Under the pieces are notes generated by a model. That model did no database searches and was not told where the DNA came from. It worked only from the letters and a program-made list of their open reading frames with translations. Both the position numbers and the translations under genes were made by a program. DNA of 64,000 nucleotides. Origin: a virus. Shown here piece by piece: positions 59,707 to 64,000 of the stretch; positions within the stretch are counted from its first letter, which is position 1, and each line of letters starts with the position of its first letter. The DNA lies in IMG/VR virus record IMGVR_UViG_3300030108_003783, positions 32,001-96,000 of that record. The stretch is one strand, 5' to 3'.

Positions 59707-59954
59707 CAGACAAATCTATAAATATCGAAAAGATGATTGCACTCTTTAATCATATAGCAATGAGAGAAGGGTACAATATGATTGTAAACGAAATAGACCC
59801 TTTAAAGTTTTTTAGCTCTAAAGAAAAGTTTTACAACATGATTGACAAGATGATAGAGTATTATATAGAATCTGAAGAGTACGAGAAATGCGCAATATTG
59901 TTACAAATAAAAAAACAAAATGGTTGGAAAGAACCAAAGGTTATTACAAATTAA
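59703..59954 (+). CDS. protein with UVR-like motif
   Basis: YYIESEEYEKCAILLQIKK. Confidence 0.6.
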   Translation: MTDKSINIEKMIALFNHIAMREGYNMIVNEIDPLKFFSSKEKFYNMIDKMIEYYIESEEYEKCAILLQIKKQNGWKEPKVITN

Positions 59955-59965
59955 TTACTAAAACA

Positions 59966-59997
59966 TTTGGATAAGTCGAAAAAATTTATTATATTTA
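59966..59997 (+). promoter_or_regulatory. early promoter
   Basis: TTTGGATAAGTC...TATATTTA. Confidence 0.8.
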
Positions 59998-60163
59998 GTT
60001 AAAAACTTAAAATAAGTTATTACTCAATAATCTTAACTTAATATAACTTATTAACTAATATAAAATATAACTAATATAATATTATTACAAATAGGAATTG
60101 TATATAATATTTAAGGAGGTAAGCCGAAAATCCTTTTTAGAGTAGGCACATTTTAAAAATTAT

Positions 60164-60496
60164 ATGAAAAGATATAACAATAAATTTAGAAAGTTTGATA
60201 AGCGTACAAAGCATAATCAAAACAAACCGTTTGAACCAGGTAGATATGGTAAGAACTGGGGTAGTATTAAAGTTGAATTAGCAAAGGGTGCAAAAGCAAT
60301 TAACCCTATACCACCTGCAACACAACCTATAATTGGTACGTTGATTGTTGGTAACATGAAAGTAGATATTACTTTCTCTGAAGCAAATAGAATTATGGAG
60401 GAGTTAAACGACGCCAAACATAGATACAATGTTGCTAGCAGAATGGGTATGTTAGATGCTACAACTGGTACTCCTAGTATTTATAGAGAAAGTTAA
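60164..60496 (+). CDS. hypothetical basic protein
   Basis: 110 aa. Confidence 0.7.
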   Translation: MKRYNNKFRKFDKRTKHNQNKPFEPGRYGKNWGSIKVELAKGAKAINPIPPATQPIIGTLIVGNMKVDITFSEANRIMEELNDAKHRYNVASRMGMLDATTGTPSIYRES

Positions 60497-60508
60497 AAGG
60501 AGAAAGTT

Positions 60509-60727
60509 ATGGAAAGTATATGGCTATTTATTATTGGATTGTTAGTTGGAAGTATTTCAATGTACATCTATATGAGAAAACAAGGAGTTGAACTAAAAGA
60601 ATTATACACTGATAGTTTGCTTAAAAATAAATTCTTGAAAGAGCACGTTGAAAAATCTAAGCCAAGTAAGCCAAAGAATTGGAACAAGAAGAAAAGATAC
60701 TATGGCAAATCAAAGCAACAATCTTAA
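60509..60727 (+). CDS. single-TM protein
   Basis: 72 aa, AAGGAG upstream. Confidence 0.7.
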   Translation: MESIWLFIIGLLVGSISMYIYMRKQGVELKELYTDSLLKNKFLKEHVEKSKPSKPKNWNKKKRYYGKSKQQS

Positions 60728-61013
60728 AGAAACTGTTATTACTATTATTAGTGAATGGGGAAAAGAGTTCACTGGTAATAGTACAACAGTAGATAAATAT
60801 GATAAAGTACTAAGTTTAATATCTTGCAATATTAAGTTATCTTCTGATAATAGAAATTTCGATTTAAAAGAAATGAGAATAGATAAATCTACTGTATTTA
60901 ATTATAAGATGAAGTATTCAACTACTGGTAATATAAGTAAAAATGATATTTCAGAATTAAATACTATTTTTCAGAAACATAAGAAAATTGCAAAATTGCT
61001 TACTAGTAACTGA
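60702..61013 (+). CDS. hypothetical protein
   Basis: Start moved to ATG 60702. Confidence 0.65.
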   Translation: MANQSNNLKETVITIISEWGKEFTGNSTTVDKYDKVLSLISCNIKLSSDNRNFDLKEMRIDKSTVFNYKMKYSTTGNISKNDISELNTIFQKHKKIAKLLTSN

Positions 61014-61023
61014 TATTTATAAT

Positions 61024-61250
61024 TGAATCGCTAGTACTTATATTAGCTGCATTTATGGACCCGGGTTCGACTCCCGGCATCTCCACTAAAAGATTTACAC
61101 GATATGGGGATGATTGGTTTTGACAGAATGATAAGGGTATAAGGATGATTCACTGCAACAACTGGCAAACAAGTTGAATATGCAATGGCTGCCTAATTAG
61201 GTACCCAGAGCAAACGGTTAACAGGGACCACGTCGTAAAAGTCCCGGAGG
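61024..61250 (+). ncRNA. ssrA: circularly permuted (two-piece) tmRNA; tag (A)GKQVEYAMAA
   Basis: Acceptor piece first (T-arm CCGGG-TTCGACT-CCCGG, CATCTCC-A ending 61085), 20-nt spacer, then GGGGATG at 61106 (G3:U70), tag ORF 61164-61196; 3' end approximate. Confidence 0.9.
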
Positions 61251-61280
61251 TTAGAGGTAATAATATAAAGGAGTAATACT

Positions 61281-61664
61281 ATGACACAAGATGAATGGAA
61301 CAGTGCTGAAGAATATTTAGAAGGTTACATGTTAGATTTAACATACGAAATAGTTACTCAAAAAAGAAAATTAAAAGATCTAATAAATTCTGATGAAGAA
61401 GTAATATTATCTTACGACCCATTTTTAGTTGGAGAGATAGATCAAGTTTGGTTAATAGAAGATTTGATAGATTGGTATGTTGGCGAAGAGGAATACGAAA
61501 AATGCGCTGAGCTTTTAAAGTTGAAAATAAAAGTAGAAAAGGGTATTGTAGATTTAAGTAATATTATATACTTAAGAGATGAAGATTTTATAACTGCTCA
61601 AGAAGACAATGCAATAAAAGAGCTACTAAGAAATTTATTAGATAATAACTATAATAAAAATTAG
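61281..61664 (+). CDS. acidic protein with UVR-like motif
   Basis: WYVGEEEYEKCAELLKLK; AAGGAG upstream. Confidence 0.65.
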   Translation: MTQDEWNSAEEYLEGYMLDLTYEIVTQKRKLKDLINSDEEVILSYDPFLVGEIDQVWLIEDLIDWYVGEEEYEKCAELLKLKIKVEKGIVDLSNIIYLRDEDFITAQEDNAIKELLRNLLDNNYNKN

Positions 61665-61666
61665 TT

Positions 61667-62743
61667 ATGAAAAAATATTTATTACCTATTACAATAGCAC
61701 TATCGGCATTATCAGTATCTGGTTCTGCTGCATTTTATTCTGTGTTTGGTTTAAGTAAATTATTCGCCGGAGCTTCTTTTCAAGTAATAATAATGGCTGG
61801 TTCTTTGGAATTTGCTAAATTAGTTACAGCCTCTTTATTATATCAATACTGGAATACTATAAATAAGTTTATGAGGTTTTATTTATCTGTAGCAGTATTT
61901 GTTTTAATGGTAATTACTAGTGGAGGTATCTACGGTTTTCTATCTGGTGCTTATCAAGAGACTGCAACTAAGTCTGAATTTTTAGATAAATCATTATTAG
62001 TATTACAAACAAAGCAAAATAGGTTTGAAGAAAATAAAGCCGATTTAAATATAGAAAAAACTCAATTGAATAATACCATAAATGATTTAAGAACTTCTTT
62101 ATCTAATCCAGCCCAAGTTCAATATGTAGATAGAGAGTCTGGGCAATTGATAACTACAACTTCTTCATCTACGAGAAAAGCTTTACAAAAAGAATTGCAA
62201 ATAACAATAGAAGATAGAAATTCTATAAATCTAAAGCTAGAAGCTGTACAAGATTCTATTATGAGATTAGACAATGAATTGCTTGATTTAGAAATAGGTA
62301 ACGAAGAACAAAGAGAATTAGGGCCATTAAAATATTTATCTGAAATAACAGGAAAAGAAATGAGTTCTGTAGTAAATTGGTTTTTGTTACTAATTATATT
62401 TGTATTTGATCCATTAGCAATTGCATTAGTAGTAGCAGCAAACTTTGCTTTTGCTCAAATAAAAAATGAAGAGAAAGAGTTTTACGTAGAACCAGAATTT
62501 TTTACAGGAGAAGTAACTGGATCTGTTCCTCCGGGGTTGAAATATAATACTCCTTACACTATGGAAGAAATTAAAGCTGCAATGGAAAGTGAAGAAGAAC
62601 CTGTAAAATATGAAGTATACGGTGAAAAGCTAAATAATGACTATAAAGATTTAAAAGCAAAGTATAGAAAACAGTCAACTATACCAAATGCAGAATTTGA
62701 AAAATTAATAGATAAGTATAAAAGTTATGGCAAAGAAAACTAG
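61667..62743 (+). CDS. multi-TM coiled-coil membrane protein
   Basis: Three N-terminal TM segments, long coiled coil, ELGPLKYL, IIFVFDPLA TM. Confidence 0.75.
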   Translation: MKKYLLPITIALSALSVSGSAAFYSVFGLSKLFAGASFQVIIMAGSLEFAKLVTASLLYQYWNTINKFMRFYLSVAVFVLMVITSGGIYGFLSGAYQETATKSEFLDKSLLVLQTKQNRFEENKADLNIEKTQLNNTINDLRTSLSNPAQVQYVDRESGQLITTTSSSTRKALQKELQITIEDRNSINLKLEAVQDSIMRLDNELLDLEIGNEEQRELGPLKYLSEITGKEMSSVVNWFLLLIIFVFDPLAIALVVAANFAFAQIKNEEKEFYVEPEFFTGEVTGSVPPGLKYNTPYTMEEIKAAMESEEEPVKYEVYGEKLNNDYKDLKAKYRKQSTIPNAEFEKLIDKYKSYGKEN

Positions 62744-63284
62744 AAAAGCAACACGTATCAAAAATAAAAAGAAACTAGATCAAGAAACAGAATATATAGT
62801 ACAATATAAAAAGGGTACTAAATGGAATCAAAGATCTGATACGATGTATAGATATATGTCATGTAAAGTTTGCGGACAAATGGAAGTTGTGGGAGAAACT
62901 ACTACAGCAGTTACTTGTTCAGATTGCGTTATGGAAATGGTTGAGCCACCACAACAATCAAAAAGAAAAATTTCATCGGGTCGTCCAGCTGGATGGCATT
63001 TCATGGCAGAGTATGTAGATAAAGATGGTAACGTATTTCATAGAGGAAAAGAACAACCAAACTTGAAAGGCACAAAAGAACCTACTGTTATAGAAAAGAA
63101 ACAAAAGATTTCAAAGAACGAAAGAAATGCAATGATTACTGAAGCTAATGTTAAAGTGCATAAGCTAAAAAAAGAATTATTAAAAGCTAAACTTAAAAAA
63201 GATATTAAAAGAATAAAAAGAGAAATAGCAAGGAATAGCAAAATTGGTAGAGGAAAAATACCAAGGTCTATGAGATTTAAGTAA
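62727..63284 (+). CDS. basic zinc-ribbon protein
   Basis: CKVC...CSDC; GRPAGWHFM.EYVDKDGNVFHRG. Confidence 0.7.
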   Translation: MAKKTRKATRIKNKKKLDQETEYIVQYKKGTKWNQRSDTMYRYMSCKVCGQMEVVGETTTAVTCSDCVMEMVEPPQQSKRKISSGRPAGWHFMAEYVDKDGNVFHRGKEQPNLKGTKEPTVIEKKQKISKNERNAMITEANVKVHKLKKELLKAKLKKDIKRIKREIARNSKIGRGKIPRSMRFK

Positions 63285-63289
63285 AAACA

Positions 63290-63321
63290 TTTGGATAAGT
63301 CAAAAAAAATTGTTATATTGT
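63290..63321 (+). promoter_or_regulatory. early promoter
   Basis: TTTGGATAAGTC...TATATTGT. Confidence 0.75.
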
Positions 63322-63357
63322 ATACTAATATAAACCAACTCGTATTAGGAGAATATA

Positions 63358-63576
63358 ATGGAGCACGATAAACTTATTTACTTAAGAAGCGAATCTAGCA
63401 GAGAAGCAAAAAAGATAGAAATGGATATTCCACCAAATCTAACTATTTCCGAATTTAAAATAGTATGTAGAAGATTAGCTGCATCATTAGGTTATGGTCA
63501 AGAATCAATTGGAAAGGCTTTTGGTTATGATAAAGAAGTTGGAAACGAAAATCAATTAAAATTATTATTAGATTAA
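63358..63576 (+). CDS. hypothetical protein
   Basis: 72 aa, AGGAG upstream. Confidence 0.7.
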   Translation: MEHDKLIYLRSESSREAKKIEMDIPPNLTISEFKIVCRRLAASLGYGQESIGKAFGYDKEVGNENQLKLLLD

Positions 63577-63586
63577 ATTATATATT

Positions 63587-64000
63587 ATGAAAGACTCTGT
63601 AAAATTATTTTTATGGATAGCAATGATATTTTTTATTAGTATCTATGTTATCTTAACTATGGTTAGTTATGAAAAGCAAATAGAAATATTAAAATGCGAA
63701 GTAGAAACGCAACAAAATTATATTGACAGTTTAATGTTAGAAATTGACACTCTAACATGGGAAACTGAATTATGGGATTTCAATATAGAAAATAACAAGA
63801 CTCATTTATTGTCAGCATTAATATTTGTTGAAAGTGGAAACAATGATTCAGCACATGCTATAGGAGAAGATGCTGTTGGATGTTTACAAATCAGAAAAAC
63901 AATGGTAGACGATGTAAATAGAATATTAAAGAGACAAGGAAAAGATTACACGTTTACATATGATGATAGATGGTTAAGAGATAAATCTATTAAAATGTTT
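63587..64000 (+). CDS. partial membrane-anchored lytic transglycosylase (SLT-like), runs off the window
   Basis: N-terminal TM, then ALIFVESGNN.SA...AVGCLQI; not in the ORF track. Confidence 0.8.
   Translation, partial: MKDSVKLFLWIAMIFFISIYVILTMVSYEKQIEILKCEVETQQNYIDSLMLEIDTLTWETELWDFNIENNKTHLLSALIFVESGNNDSAHAIGEDAVGCLQIRKTMVDDVNRILKRQGKDYTFTYDDRWLRDKSIKMF

Noticed and set aside
60113-60150. SAM-II, SAM-V or preQ1 riboswitch
   Set aside because: Pseudoknot-like, but it lacks the conserved ligand-binding nucleotides of those classes; kept only as an unassigned element.
61057-61088. T-arm plus acceptor sequence as a tRNA fragment or attP site
   Set aside because: It pairs fully with the downstream GGGGATG and is followed by a tag ORF, so it is the acceptor piece of a permuted tmRNA; no integrase is nearby.

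Overview
A 64-kb segment of a large, AT-rich, lytic dsDNA phage with T4-like replication genes. Every credible gene is on the + strand and reads intact in the standard code. Four features point to a Bacteroidota (probably aquatic Flavobacteriales) host: 20 copies of a Bacteroidota-type -33/-7 promoter, a T9SS C-terminal sorting domain, a DUF4494-like protein and a tmRNA tag starting with Gly. Layout: 0.2-18 kb replication, repair, nucleotide metabolism and GroES/GroEL; 18-31 kb a glycosylation/sugar-modification operon; 31.6-45.7 kb probable late/virion-internal proteins, a T9SS cargo plus outer-membrane module and lysis-like genes; 46-64 kb early/host-takeover genes (vWA and MoxR ATPase, Hsp20, dCMP deaminase, SET domain, DksA/TraR-like finger, ligase, tRNA-Arg). 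Highlights: (1) a circularly permuted two-piece tmRNA that appears to lack pseudoknot 1; (2) a family of proteins sharing an MIKLKxLLxE leader, a probable capsid-targeting signal attached to different enzymes; (3) a phage-encoded T9SS substrate; (4) a thymidylate-synthase homolog with the dCMP-type Asp; (5) a promoter architecture with helically phased boxes and leaderless mRNAs; (6) several unexplained structured non-coding elements. All assignments come from motif recognition by eye; no database searches were run.
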